The position numbers and the translations under genes were made by a program. From NCBI RefSeq assembly GCF_009914755.1, contig NC_060928.1: a stretch of 64,000 nucleotides of DNA; one strand, written 5' to 3'. The notes beneath the pieces were generated by a model. The model had not been told where the DNA came from. It saw nothing but the letters and a program-made list of their open reading frames with translations, and did not search any database. The stretch comes from the human T2T-CHM13v2.0 reference genome, Homo sapiens. Of this stretch, positions 31,376 through 47,445 are shown one piece after another (within the stretch, counting starts at the first letter, position 1; the number at the start of each line of letters is the position of its first letter).

Positions 31376-32563
31376 GGATACCCCATCCCTGATTCCACTT
31401 CTTTCCAAGATACGTATTTTCACGTTAGAAAAACACACCAGTGAAGAATCCATCTCACAGCCGTGTTTTCCCTAAGGGTTGGCGGGCTGATAAAGGAAGG
31501 TGTTGAGTTGAGGGTGGAGCTTGTCCTCCCTGACTTCAAATGGGACTTCTGGGACTGCGGTTGGAGGTCTTGATGAATTGCCATTTACTCTGCCAAATCA
31601 CCGCTTGGGTAAAAATTCAGATTGTTTTCCAGAAATTATTAAATGCTGTCTTAAACTCATATTGCAAATTGTCATAGAGAAAAAAAGAATTATATTCTCC
31701 AAACTGGGAATTTATTCAAAAAATTCCATTTTCTCATGTTGTTTGGTTACATATCTCCGAAAGCAGATTTAGCTTTCTCTTTGCTTTTCCTGAACTGTAG
31801 CTAAGATTATATTTTATGTAGAAATTTAAAATTTCTATATGATCTGAACCAAACAGCTTCCAACTTTGGGGGTTTTGGGTTTTGTTTTTGTTTTGGTCTG
31901 AGAGGGTTGAATCATCTAAGTGTTTCCTTTGTCAAACATGCACATGTAGACAAAGAATAAGAGAAAATTAAAAGTAGAAAGATTTATTACAACCTAGATT
32001 TCTTCCATTCTACTTCCTCTAGTTAGCATCACCCACATAGTAACTTACTTATCTAAGAGTCCTGAAGATCAGCTGAACATTATAAGCATTATTTAAAATA
32101 TTAAACATTGTGAAAACATAGATATAGAAGTTTATTGAAGATAATGTTTTCAAACAGTTACATAATAATTTGAATATAGGAATCCTAGGAATTTAATTTT
32201 TTCTGACATCAAATACTTTAACAACACCAGGGTTTTGGGGTAATCATAGTCCCTCAGGGCTTTCAAATATGCACATTTAGTGAAGTATAGATTGGAAAAA
32301 CTACAGTGAACACATTGACATTAATCAGTGTATTCAAATATGTTTCCTACTATTGCTGTAATTTGTGGTGCTTTGCTTTTGAGGTGACATGCTGCTCTTG
32401 GATTGGAGCACCTTTAAGTTCTAGAAATAGATCTAATGATTGATACATCCAACTGAACTGAAATATGATGTTCGTGCTTGCCGGAGCCTCATAAAAGGTG
32501 GCTGAGGATCTCTGGAGTGGTTACCCTTTCAGCTTGTGAAGCACCTGCCATGTGACTCTCTAA

Positions 32564-32903
<340 letters not shown>

Positions 32904-34769
32904 CACAAATTTTTAAATAGTAGAAGGGGCACTACTTGAATAGGCAGAAGGGAGTGTCCTGTAAGTGTCTCTCTCCCTGGGCAACTGGTGTGATTGAGGG
33001 AAGAAGTCCAGCATCTGATTAACTTCGCAGGGAGGTTTGCTCAGCACAGAAACTCTAAAGGAAACTGGGGAAGAGACGGCAAATGGCTTCATTATTTCCC
33101 ACATACAATATCCTGTCATAGTAATAGTGTAATAATGGATTTATGAAAGAATATTGTCATGATTTTCTTCTTTTGGGATCAAAAGGAAAGAAAAAAATTG
33201 TGTTATACAACATCGTTCTCAGGAGACGTGAATTGGTTTTTAAACGTTTCAGATTTAGTGCTTTCTTGAGCGCTACGTCAGGATCAACCAGATCTCCAAT
33301 GATAAAGCTATGGAGCGAAGAAATCCACTGGGAATGATCACACTTTGTATAGAGGAGCTCTGGGCTCTATGAAGCCATCTGAAGAGAAACGTGGGAGGAT
33401 GGGACTGTGAAAACAGGGACCCCTGCGGCACTTGGGAGCCATGGCCCTTTGCAGTCTGCATATTTCTGTCTGGGCACCCAGCGCCATCTCTCCCAACCTA
33501 CCTGTCCCCCTACTCAGAATATGATGATTAACCCAGGGCCCTAACCAGGGAAGCTGTGTTCAAGGAGAAGCCAGTGCCTCCACATCCATCCTGGAAGACA
33601 CACCACTGGGTATAGACAGGGACATGGCTTCCTTCCATTCCAGGACCTTCAGAGCCGGGATGTGTGTTCAGCTGGTTTGTCCCCCGAGGGGAGAGGGAGA
33701 AGGGAGAACAAATGAGCTGTTGTAAACACACATACAGTGTGGTCTTTCTGTGAACCTGATAAGTAACATCTAACTTCATGCATAGGACGTGTTAGGATGG
33801 ACAAGGCCACAGTCCCTTGAGCCTGACCTGTAGAAAGTAACCATGGAAGGGCATGGTTGACCAGTGCTGATGAGTATGGCTTGTGGGGGAGGGCAGTGGT
33901 GTAGATCTTGGTGAGACAAGCATGGAGAGACTCAAAGGTGAGTAAAATTACATCTTCGAAAGAAGGATTGCTTTCTCTCATCTCAAGTTAGGAAATTAAA
34001 GCTATTGCATCTGCACCCAGCGTTAAGCCTAAATTCACAAGAAGTGACTTTAAATATACAATTTTACAGCAGGCATATAGAATGGGTCTCGATGGTCATT
34101 AATGAGCCAAAATATAAGTAACTTAATTTAAATGCTTGAAAAGTGACCTGGAGGAAATCTGCTGCCTGCTACAGCTCAGAGCAAGTGCTAATCATCTGAG
34201 ATACTAAGGTACACACCTTTGTAAAAGGAAGCAGGTGCAATCTGGTGTGCGCTTAACTTAAAATTCCCACTTTGAAGAGGGCAAAGTACAGATCATTCTG
34301 GATTTATATAAAGTAGTAAGAGTTTGGTTGGGATGGGGGGGCAATGACTGAGAAATAAAGTTAGAAAGAGTCCTTGTATAATCTGCTGCTGCTGATATGC
34401 CATAGACCTAGTGCTGTGATTGATTAACTGAGCCCTTTGACCCTAAGGAAAGGAAGGGAGGGAGGTGGGAGGCAGGGAAGGGAGAAGACATGCTTCACCC
34501 ATGTGAATTCTGAACCAGCTGAGGGATTCACAAAAGATTCCAGCCAGTGGAGATAAGTTCAGCTTTTATCACTGACAGGGCTGTTGAGACTGTGGCTTGA
34601 TTCTAGGGCACAGTAACTCCCTATCCCTGAATTCTGGGGTAAGACAGGCTTGCCCACCATTCAGAGGCAATGCTGACCAACCATAGGTCTGCGACCCTAA
34701 GTTAGAGAGCTGGGAGAGCAAAGCAGAAAACCAGGGTGCTCTCAGCAGGAAAGAAGGGGCTTTCCCCCG

Positions 34770-35167
34770 TGACAGGGTTTGGGTTTGTGTCCCCACCCAA
34801 ATCTCGTCTCTGTAAAATAGAAAACTCTCATGTCTCAGTGTTGGAGGAGGGGCCTGGTGGGGGGTGACTGGTTCATGGGGGTGGATTTTCCCCTCACTGT
34901 TCTTGTGACAGTGAGTGAGTTCTCACAAGATCTGGTTGTTTAAAAGTGTAGCACTTCCTCCGTCTCTCTTCCCCCTCCTCTCTTCCAGCCATGTGAAGAT
35001 GTGCTTGCTTCCCCTTCATCTTCCACCATGATCGTAAGTTTCCTGAGGCCTCCCCAGCCATGCTTCCTGTACAGCCTGCAGAGCTGTAATCCAGTTAAAC
35101 CTCCTTTCTTTAAACATTACTCAGTCTCAGGCATTTCTTTATAGCAGTGTGAGAACAGACTAATACA
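34770..35167 (+). mobile_element. MSTA-like MaLR solo LTR
   Basis: gtttgtgtccccacccaaatctc...taagtttcctgaggcctccccagccatgc...gaacagactaataca. Confidence 0.88.
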
Positions 35168-35319
35168 TTCCCCAAATCACATATCAAATAAGTTACACCC
35201 TCAACCTGGGCAAAATAAACAGGATGCTTTAGGGGAAAACCCTCCTCCTATAAACTAAAAGATCAGGGAATAAAGGCGCTTCTTCTCCCTTTCCCCAGTA
35301 GTTCTGTTGGGTTCCTTCA

Positions 35320-35645
<326 letters not shown>

Positions 35646-35695
35646 TTAGCGGTTTGAGAGCCCAAGCAGCCTATAATAATAATATTACAATCACC

Positions 35696-36193
35696 TGTAG
35701 AGGAGAAGTGAGACTCTACCTCTGCCTTCTTAGTTCCTGGCTGGATCTGAGAGTGAAGTTGACATAGGTAGGTTATCAGGAGAAAATCATACAAATTTAA
35801 TAGAGGTTTTACATGGCACAGGAGCCTGAATAAGAAAATGAAGACCCAAAGAAATGGCAATACCTAACTGCTTTGATATTAGGTTGAGCAAAAAGAAGCA
35901 GCTGTGGAAAAGTAACTAAATTACGTGGGGAGGCTGCAGGAAGATAGGCATTATTTTACCACGGTCTGTTTCTACAGAATTATCTTCGCTATGGCTCCTG
36001 GTCGCAGAATGCTTCTTTTCTCCCGGTGCAGGGAAGGGCATCTTTCACAGGAATGTTTTTATCTCCTGTTTTTGAGGAGAAAAGGGGAGAATGACATGCA
36101 CTTCTTCTATCTGCTGTTTTTCAAGTGTTTCTAACTCAAAATAATCCTTATGCCAAAGTGACATATTTTGGGGTGCACATTCTGGCACCCTTT
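35696..36193 (-). mobile_element. MER34/MER39-group ERV1 solo LTR
   Basis: ctcaaaataatccttatgccaaagtgacatattttggggtg is the rc of the MER34-type LTR start. Confidence 0.75.
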
Positions 36194-36569
36194 GCCCGTA
36201 AATGGATTATTTATTCCAGTGGTTTTCAAATTTTTACAGAACCTTGGCATCAGTGTGAAGTGACTGTAATAGCACTCAGGTGTTTGAGCTTCACTCAGTA
36301 TTACTAAATCAAAATCTGCCAGCAGGAAACCCAGGCACTGAGGGCCAGCCCATAATGCCAAAGGCTTTGCAGAGTCCTTGCTGTGCCCTCGGGATGCAGA
36401 ATTAAGCTGGAAGCAAGCCCTGTCCACAGTCTTGAAGAGGAAACACACAAGTAGGCAAATAAATTCTAGCACAGTGGGAGGCTGTGACAGCAGGAGGATG
36501 GGAAATGGGCAGAAGAAGCCAATCGCCAATCACCACAGTTTCACAGGGGCTGGTTCTGACAGTCACGTC

Positions 36570-36960
36570 TCAGACCCGGAGGATCCTGGAGGGACTGCAT
36601 TGATTAATGGGCTCCTTCACTTTCTGGCTTTGAGTTCTGTTCAGCCAGCAGGGCACCCCCACAGGAGACAGAGAAGGAAGCTGGGTGTTCTCCCCCTGGC
36701 TCCTGCCACAGGGTGGCATGCATCAAGGGGGGCTGGGTAGGGAAGCTCCTGACAATGGGACTCTTTCCTGGTGGTGGCACCACCAGGACAGGGGGAGGCC
36801 CCAGCTTCCCTGTGGACCCTTCAGGCTAGCAGTGGTAGGGGCTTCCCACCACCTGAGCTAGTGAACTCTATACCCTGTCCATACCTATGCAAATAGCTCC
36901 CTTATGAAACTCTCCTAACATTACCCCATCCACATGTGCCAATGATTCGCTGATTTGCAC
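36570..36960 (+). mobile_element. LTR33-like ERVL LTR
   Basis: cccttcaggctag...tgcaaatagctcccttatgaaactctcct...tgtgcca. Confidence 0.5.
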
Positions 36961-36964
36961 AGGA

Positions 36965-37750
36965 ATCAATGGCTTGGAAGAAGATTCTGAAATCAATCAT
37001 GGAAGGCTTAGGAAATGCTGCCCTGCCCATGCTCCTGATGGCACAGAGGCCGACATCATGCTGCCCGTGCTCCTGATGGCACAGAGGCCGACATCATGCT
37101 GCCCATGCTCCTGGTGGCACAGAGGCCGACATCATGCTGCCCATGCTCCTGGTGGCACAGAGGCCGACATCATGCTGCCCGTGCTCCTGGTGGCACAGAG
37201 GCCGACATCATGCTGCCCGTGCTCCTGATGGCACAGAGGCCGACATCATGCTGCCCGTGCTCCTGATGGCACAGAGGCCGACATCATGCTGCCCGTGCTC
37301 CTGGTGGCACAGAGGCCGACATCATGCTGCCCGTGCTCCTGGTGGCACAGAGGCCGACATCATGCTGCCCGTGCTCCTGATGGCACAGAGGCCGACATCA
37401 TGCTGCCCGTGCTCCTGGTGGCACAGAGGCTGACATCATGCAGAAAATTATGGACATTAATGAATTTGAGTTAACAATAGATTCAAATGAACTGTCACTG
37501 GAGAATTTCTGGAAGCCATAAACCAATGTGTTTTACTGATATATTCCTCTTCATGAATGTACAATAGTGATACATCATTTTTTAAAATCTTTGTCTTAAT
37601 AAGTCTACCTATCTCAGTAAGTATAAAGTAAAAATCCTGGGTGATAAAGCACTTTATCACAATTTAGCTGACCACCTACATTGTTTTAATGAAACAAAGT
37701 AATGATAAATCATACAATCAATGGTATTTTAGATTCAATAAAAAATGACA
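36965..37750 (+). mobile_element. Tc2/pogo-type DNA transposon 3' end (Kanga1/MER104-like)
   Basis: Terminus tacaatcaatggtattttagattcaataaaa resembles the MER104/Kanga TIR; peptide RKCCPAHAPDGTEADIM resembles pogo C-terminal KKCCIxNALDGTEDD. Confidence 0.65.
37023..37441. repeat. 38-bp VNTR, ~11 copies (ctgcccgtgctcctgRtggcacagaggccgacatcatg)
   Basis: cgacatcatg recurs at 37051, 37089, ... with period 38; near-perfect copies. Confidence 0.97.
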
Positions 37751-37819
37751 GTGGCTTTTGGCATGAGTTCTGCCTAGGCTGGTGGTAATACTGTGTTCCC
37801 TGCTTTCCTTCTGCAGAGC

Positions 37820-39300
<1,481 letters not shown>

Positions 39301-39912
39301 GAAATTTCGTATATAAAGGAGGGGTCAAGGGAACCCTCAGATTTTTACTGTAAAAGATTCTGCCCTCTGCTGCCATAGAAACAGTTAGATTCCTGCAAGT
39401 GTGGCCAGTTATTGTATTTCCCTCTCTCTCCTTCTTTTTTGATATCTCATTTCCTCTAACACTTTGAGCTAAGCCAAGTTCAAGAAGCCTTCTCCCTTAT
39501 ACTCTGTTTCTCCATCCATTGTTACTAACAAGGAATTTAGCTGTATGTTTCAGTTCAGCTGTATGTTTCCATCATTTTCGGGAAATGTGTTTTTCTGAAC
39601 TTTTCCAAAGATCTGCTACAATTTAGCTCACCTTCAGCTCTTCATTATTTTACTCTTCAATCTTGCTTGCATGCTTCTGCAGGATCTTAGCTGTTTCTAG
39701 TATCCTGTGCATGCATTTTGTACTAGAGGGAATACATCTATCTCCTAGTTTTGCTCAAAATGGAGGTTTTCCTTTTACGATTTCCAAGAGGAGAAAGGGA
39801 GAGATGATGATTTATGCAGCAATGCTCATAGTGTAAATCCACTTCGAAATGTTTTAATTTGACTTATTGGAAATATTTTCTGTGGGAATCAGCTTTTGGT
39901 TAATATACTATA

Positions 39913-40435
39913 CAGAGATGCTCCTCGACTTACAATGGGGTTACATCCCAAGAAATCCATTGTAGGTTGAAAATACGATAAGTTGAAAATGCCTTTAAAG
40001 GATAAGATGGTCAAGATGGTGAAATGCAGAAGTCCTGACTCATGTGCAATGGCCATTACTGTTTGCAGCTTCATGCCGGGAAGTTATCTTGAGTTTCATC
40101 TCAAGAATAATTGTCTTCTTCTCATCAGAAGCAGGAAACACAGAGGAGTGTCTGTAGAAATGAAGAGATGGGAAAACACGATATCCAAAAAACTGCAGGC
40201 AATACAGTCCACTGTGCAGTATTGGCTGTTACCCCGATGGTCATGGGGCTGCCTGGAAGCTGCGGCTCGCTGCCCCTGCCCAGCAGCAGGAGGGAGTATT
40301 GGACAGCACGTCCCCAGCCCCGGAAAAGATCAAAAGTCAAAAGTGGAAGTATGGTTTCTACTGAATGTGTATCACTTTGGCAGCACCGTAAAGTCAAAAA
40401 ATTAAGTCAAACCACGGTAAGTCAGGGAACATCTG
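39913..40435. mobile_element. MER47/Tigger5-like DNA transposon
   Basis: TIRs agatgctcctcgacttac ... gtaagtcagggaacatct; preceded by TA. Confidence 0.82.
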
Positions 40436-41094
40436 TCTAGCTGTAGGACAATTCTTGAAGAACTAATTGCAGTGCTCCCAGCATGGTGCAAATATGAGGC
40501 TAACATTCAGTTTAATTAAATGTCAAATCATAGGATGGAAAATGACAGTATCTTTGTCCAAAAAGCAGATGCAGAAGCAGCATAATCCACAGAAATTTTC
40601 AATTTCATTTGCTACCCAGCGGCTCAAATCCATTATATGTTAAGTATTGTTCCAGGGCTTCAGCCTCCCCGGCAGATTTCTCCTGTTTTTGCTGTTGCTG
40701 CAGGGACTGGCCCCGTCTTCTGAGGACCAGGCCTCCACGGTGGCTGCACACCTCTGCTTTAAATACTTTTAAAGTTGCAGAAAAGGACCTTCTTGAAGCA
40801 AAAAAGACACCGTCCTCTTCTGCATGGGCCAATGCTCAACATACACATGCATGGAAAAAAATTTCCAGGAAGTGATAAACTAAGCATGGGGCAAATAAAA
40901 CAACACATGACCTGATTTCATCTCCAAGTTTGCTCTTGTGTAGGAAAAGATAAGCATTTCTTTCAATGTTAAGTTGGGGTGGTATCTAATAAATCAGAAT
41001 GAAAACTCAGGTTTCATAAAAGCAGTGATTTCTCTTCCAGAGAGGGCTCTGAATACATTGTTACTTACTTGAACATGCTGTCCTTCAAGGTAGG

Positions 41095-41462
<368 letters not shown>

Positions 41463-41520
41463 TTAGGTATTGATTTAGAATGCATTTTATTCATCCTATA
41501 AAAATCTCTGCCAATTATTC

Positions 41521-41829
41521 TTTTTTTTTTTTTTTTTTTTTTTTTTTTGAGATGGAGTCTGGCTTTGTCATCCAGGCTGGAGGGCAGTGATGTGATCTTG
41601 GCTCACTGCAACCTCCGCCTCCTGGGTTCAAGTGATTCTCCTGCCTCAGCCTCCCGCGTAGCTAGCTGGGATTACAGGTGCCCACCACTACGCCTGGCTA
41701 TTTTGTGTATTTTAGTAGAGACACAGTTTCGCCATGTTGGCTAGGCTGGTCTTGAACTCCTGACCTCAAGTGATCCTCCTGCCTTGGCCTCCCAAGTGCT
41801 GGGATTACAGGTGTGAGCCACCACGCCCT
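41521..41829 (-). mobile_element. Alu (Sz/Jb-like)
   Basis: Full dimer with long T tail. Confidence 0.93.
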
Positions 41830-42743
41830 CACAGAACAATGTATTCCTTAACTTTTTATATGCTTTTTTTAGATTGAAAAATTTCAAAATTATAAGCAAA
41901 TTTAATGCTTGAAATTGGACATCAGCATTGAGCTGGAGAAAAATCAATGGTTCCTTCTGATGTGAAAGGAAGCAACAATATATAAATACAGGTCTATGTC
42001 TTCATTTCTCCTTGTAACAAAAATGGGGTATTCAGTGTTGAAAATTTCCTTAGGCAATTCCCCAAACAACTACTTAAAAATACCCAGAGTTGGCCACTTG
42101 TTCTGTGCCTACATCAGACTCCAAAAAAGGAACAAACACTTTCAGCAATGGTGATTGACCCTCCTATAAGTTTCTCTCATTTTAAAACATGGGAAAATCA
42201 TCACTTCTCACTCAATAGAAGAGGTTAGGTTTAGGGCCGTGCTATGTTTATTTTATTGCTACTATGTAAGCCAACTTTGATTCTGGCCAGAACGATCAGC
42301 TTATGTTTATATCAGCTTTAACAAGATCCATAACTGTTTTCCCTCTTCACTAGCCTGGCTATATGTGGGATACAAACTTCTGTGCTTCTCACAAGGAAAA
42401 AAAAAATCCAATTTCAAAGACTCAGGTCTAACCACTCAGGTGACTTTAAAATCAAATTATTCTATAGAATTTTACAGGGTGACAGCATATTTGTTGAATG
42501 ATATGATATTGATGTGTACATGAATTTTTAGTTGGAGACTAAAATCTGTTTTAGAAATAGATCCAGTGCTTTTTAGAAAATACTTAAATTTTTCCCATTG
42601 ATCATATAGTTCCCTAAAGTTTTAGCTTTTTAAAAAATCTAAATGGCATTATGCTTTTAAAGAAAGGAAAGTGGAACGTTTGATTATGAAATGTAGGGAA
42701 TGCTAATGTTTTATAGTTTATGTCTTCAAGAATCAGTTTTTAA

Positions 42744-43051
<308 letters not shown>

Positions 43052-43859
43052 CCAGTTTCTAACATTTTTTATAACCATCATACAATTGAAACAAGGTGCA
43101 ACTGGACTCACGAGGTCATGGGTCAATTTCCTGTGAGTGTGGGCTTAGACCGTCCAGCTTGTTCTCCTGCCACCCACTCTTAGCATGGAAGGACGAAGCG
43201 GGTGACAATCAGCCAACATGTGCTCAAATAGCTAGATGTTCGATACTGAGTAGAAAAATCCTTACACATCAGCTGAGTTTTTCCATGTTTACCCATATAT
43301 TTTGGCATAGAATGAACTAAATCTGTGATTTTTCAGCATGTTATGGTTGTAGAGTTCATGAACTATTATTCCATCTTGGGAATACTTTGAGAAGTAAAAG
43401 TAAATTTTATTATTGCAAAAGATGCAGTAATATTTAGTATTTTGTTTTAAAAGTCAAAACTTACTCAGCAAATGCACGGCATACAGATGGTGAAGAGGTG
43501 ATTCAGTAAAGTTTTGGTTTCAAGAAATCCTGGCCCACCTAAGTAATCTCCAGCATAGCAAGGTTTATCTTAAAGATAAAAAAGGATCAAAAGGCCCTTG
43601 AGAATTAGGCAGCTACCCCCTCTGTCTCCCTCTCCCTCGTGCAAGATTATCTGCTCCCCACCTATGACTGCTCTCTCCCTTTCCTCAGAGTGGATTCTTC
43701 CCCACAGCCACTTGTACTGGCCTCACATGGTCACCTGTGCCCCACTTTATCATGGCTCACTGGCCCCTCTTATCATTTTCTCCCTCCCAGATTATTGACA
43801 GATGAATGGGATTTTCACAGTTTACCTTTTCAATGTGGCTCTGTATCCTTAGCAAACCT

Positions 43860-44410
43860 ATGGATTCTCTGCCAGTGGCAGAATAGAGACAGTTGCAAAC
43901 TCTTTTCTTCTCCCATCGAAAGATGAAGTCTGATTTCCCTCTCCTTAACACTGGCTTTGCCTTTGAGATTTGCTTGATGCATAGAATACAAGAGAAGTAA
44001 CTCAGAAGAAGAACTTCCAAGGTTAGGTCAGAAGGAGCCTCGCAACTTCTGTCTGGGTCTCTGGTAGAACCACACTCTTGCCCTTGGAACCATGAGCTGC
44101 CACTTTGCTAGAAAGACCTTGTGAAAAGGCTCTTGGACAACACAGATAGGAGAGGAGTCCAGCTGAGTCTTGCCTTCCTATGCCCCCGCCAAGGTGCCAG
44201 CTACAGGAGTGAAGCTATCTTGGACCCTTCAGACCAGATCAGCTATCAGCTGAATACCATCCACCATCCTGAGTCAATGCCATGTGCAACAGCATCACCC
44301 ACAGGAGCACTACCCAAATCTCTGACCCACAGAATGATGAAATTTAATACAATGGTTGTTTTAAGCCACTAAGTTTTAGGGTAGTTTGCGATGCAGCAGC
44401 AGATGCAACG
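43860..44410 (+). mobile_element. MLT1 (G/H-like) LTR
   Basis: ttccaaggttaggtca...ctgacccacaga...tttaagccactaagttttagggtagtttg. Confidence 0.7.
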
Positions 44411-45571
44411 CCTCTGTTCACAGCGGCTAAGACTCAAAGGGACGCAAACCAAGCAACCTACGTCTACCCCAGCAAGGACAGTGGGTAGAAATTTCCTTAC
44501 AGAAAAGACTGCATGTCATCAGGAATCATAACTGAAATTTCTCAGTTAATTCCTATCCTAAATTTCCCTCGAGGATATAACAAGGAGAAACAGTATTAAG
44601 TTACAGCTAGACTCTGGTGGGATTTAGATTAAAAATATAAAAGTACATCTAGATGCTAGATGAGACTAGTGACGTCACGAACCAGACTGAAACTTAATCA
44701 CATTAAGAAGCAGGTAATCATATTCAAACGAGATTTGTACTTGGTAACTTAAGGATAATTACATCTCAAAGCCAAGGACTATCTTTGTCAATCTCATGTT
44801 TTCATGATCAGCTGAAGCAGAGAAATTAATACATTTTAATGATGAAACTTAGCCTACATGTATTTTGTAGATATTCACTTAGAAGTGAAAAATATGATGT
44901 AAAATCAGTTATGTGTAGATATTTTTGGAGAAAAAACCTTAAAACTTAGAAACCAGTTACATAGTCATTATTAACTTAAAACAGATCATACTGATATATT
45001 TCTCATATTTCATGCCCTTCCTTAAAGACAATGATTTTTTCTCAAACATCAAACATTTCAGCCTTTACATATTTCTCCAGAAACCACCACAAGCATCCAT
45101 ATAGTGTGTTTACTGTCAGGTTTATTCTGACTTGCCTTCACAACAGTTGACTCTCAGTTTAGCTTGTTGATTCACAGAAAAAAAACCTGAATGCCACCAA
45201 GAAATTTCCAAGAATTGTTAAAAAAAATTAAATGTGAAAAGAAGAACCTCTGATCCTTACTCAATGTGTTCTCTATTCTTCCCTCGGACTAATTAAGAAA
45301 AGCATGTTAATTATAATGGATTCCAAATGTGCTAACCTCCAGTTAGTATTTTTTAAAGTATTGACTATTTTGGCCAGTCCAAGATTGCCTATTAGATTAT
45401 AAGCTCCTCTGAGACCCAGAGGCCATGACTTTGTTGTCATTGACCAGAAAGGGAGAAAGAGTAAATCTCTGTTCATTTTGGGGGGTGTGATAACTCCCAT
45501 TTCAGGTGTGCTGAAGGTGCCAGTGATGGACATTTGCTGTTTTTACCATCTAGCATCTGTTTATTGCTTTT

Positions 45572-45884
45572 TTCTTTCTTTTTTTTTTTTTTTTTTTTTT
45601 GAGACAGAGTCTCACTCTGTCACTCAGGCTGGAGTGCAGTGGCCTGATCTCGGCTCACTGCAAGCTCTGCTTCCTGGGTTCACGCCATTCTCCTGCCTCA
45701 GCCTCCCGAGAGGCTGGGACTATAGGCACCTGCCACCAAGCCTGGCTAATTTTTTTGTATTTTTTTTAGTAGAGACGGGGTTTCACCGTGTTAGCCAGGA
45801 CGGTCTCGACCTCCTGACCTCGTGATCTGCCTGCCTCGGCCCCACAAAGTGCTGGGATTATAGGCGTGAGCCACTGTGCCTAGC
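45572..45884 (-). mobile_element. AluY
   Basis: Y-diagnostic positions; TSD tg(t/c)ttattgcttttt; sits in a probable old MLT1 (~45510-46395). Confidence 0.94.
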
Positions 45885-46454
45885 CTGCTTATTGCTTTTT
45901 TCAAACTAGCTTCTCCTTGAGGAGAACAGCCTTCCCTATTTCATCCATCTGATTTGGGTGGACAGAAGACCTACCTCCAACTGCAAGGATGAGACGTCAC
46001 GGGCTTCAGTTGATCAACACAGCTCAGCACCTTTGCAGACAGATTTGCTTAGAAATGTCCAAATAGTCTATAGCCAAGGTGGTATGTTTTAGGGCTTCTG
46101 AATAAATAAGAGCTTTTATTCTCCGGCTTGCAGGAGCTCCTGAAAAGCAATCTCCTTCTTCTCCTGAGTGTGATGTTGAAGATCTGTAACTACAGTCACC
46201 AGTTTGCCGCCAGGTGGGAACACCAGTTGGGAACAACATGGGCCTGCGAGGGATGCCGCTGAAAGCAGGAAAGATTAGTGGCACAGACAGAAGCTGGACG
46301 AAGTCTCACCTCAGGTGCACATCTGGGCTTCGCAATTTTATGAACCTGTAAGTTCTCTGATTCCAAAGGTGAGTTGTATTTTGGCTTATGTTTTGCAGCT
46401 GAAAGATTTCTAACTTCTTTTCCACCACAGAATCTTTGAATGATTTAGATATAA

Positions 46455-46570
46455 ACTTCAAGCTCCATTTAGGTCAGTGATTTTTGTCTGTATTGTTCAC
46501 TGATGAATCCCACTGCCTTGAGCACAGCCTGGCAATACTAGGTGCTCAGTGAATATCTGTTGATAAAACG
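46455..46570 (+). mobile_element. L2 3' terminus
   Basis: agcacagcctggcaatactaggtgctcagtgaatatctgttga. Confidence 0.75.
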
Positions 46571-46741
46571 CGCAAAGTTGGTTCAGCCTTTAAGAAGATG
46601 AATGTTGTTAATAACACATGCCTAATGAAAGAATCTGAGTACATATTCCTAGAATACACACATAAAATTTAAAACACCTAAAAATGCTTAAATACATTTA
46701 AAAAAACAAAAAACAAAACTATAACGATTGGTGAGATTCAG

Positions 46742-46955
46742 CCAGTAGTGTGTTGGAGCTGGCTTGTCCTGGCTTTGGAGACTGAGCTGTATACATCTCC
46801 TCCTGATTCCGCATCCAGTGTCTTCATGTTGGCAGCCTGAAATTGACCAGAGGGGGCATTTATACCATGGTAATCGGCAAACACTGCAAATGAGGGGTTT
46901 ATTTCCTCTCCTCTGCCCTACCCTCCCAGAGAGCCAGTTCAGCATTATTTTTCCT
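46742..46955. mobile_element. MER63-like hAT-Blackjack element
   Basis: ccagtagtgtgttggagctggct...aatcggcaaacactgcaaat. Confidence 0.7.
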
Positions 46956-47445
46956 AGAAAAACCTTTTAGTGAGGTGAACACTTTCTTTTAAAAAAATAA
47001 AATCTTCCCATTTCAGAGCTGGAAGGAAACTCTGAAGTTTTCGACTTCGGTATCCTAAGTTGACAGGCGAGGAATCTCTCCATGAGCTAAGTTACGGAGG
47101 TGACAGCACACCCCGGACCCCCAATTTGCAAGATCCAAATCACACAGCCACTCCGCAAGAAAAAGCGTGGGAAATAATCCAAACACATGCGTCTCTAGCG
47201 AGATGCCAGGCATTTGTTGGGGAAAATATGTCCCTCCAATTATATGATGTCAGGGATCACTCTAGATGGGGTTTGTGTGGGTCAAATGTGGTACCAGGAC
47301 CCCTAGATCTGGCCAGGCCTATCCCAGGCTCACTGTCCTGCAGGGACTAAATACCCAGCCGCAGCCTAGTGTGCTATCTCTGTAGGTTGTGTGAAATGAC
47401 TCAACATTTCCTGCTCTTTCTCAAAGGTAAACTCACACCAGCCCT

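Noticed and set aside
36974-37474. Cys/His-rich repeat protein (CCPCSWWH)
   Set aside because: Frame-cycling translation of the 38-bp VNTR, not a metal-binding gene.
40605-40875. Short ORFs with a Gln or Cys run
   Set aside because: No recognisable homology or splice context.
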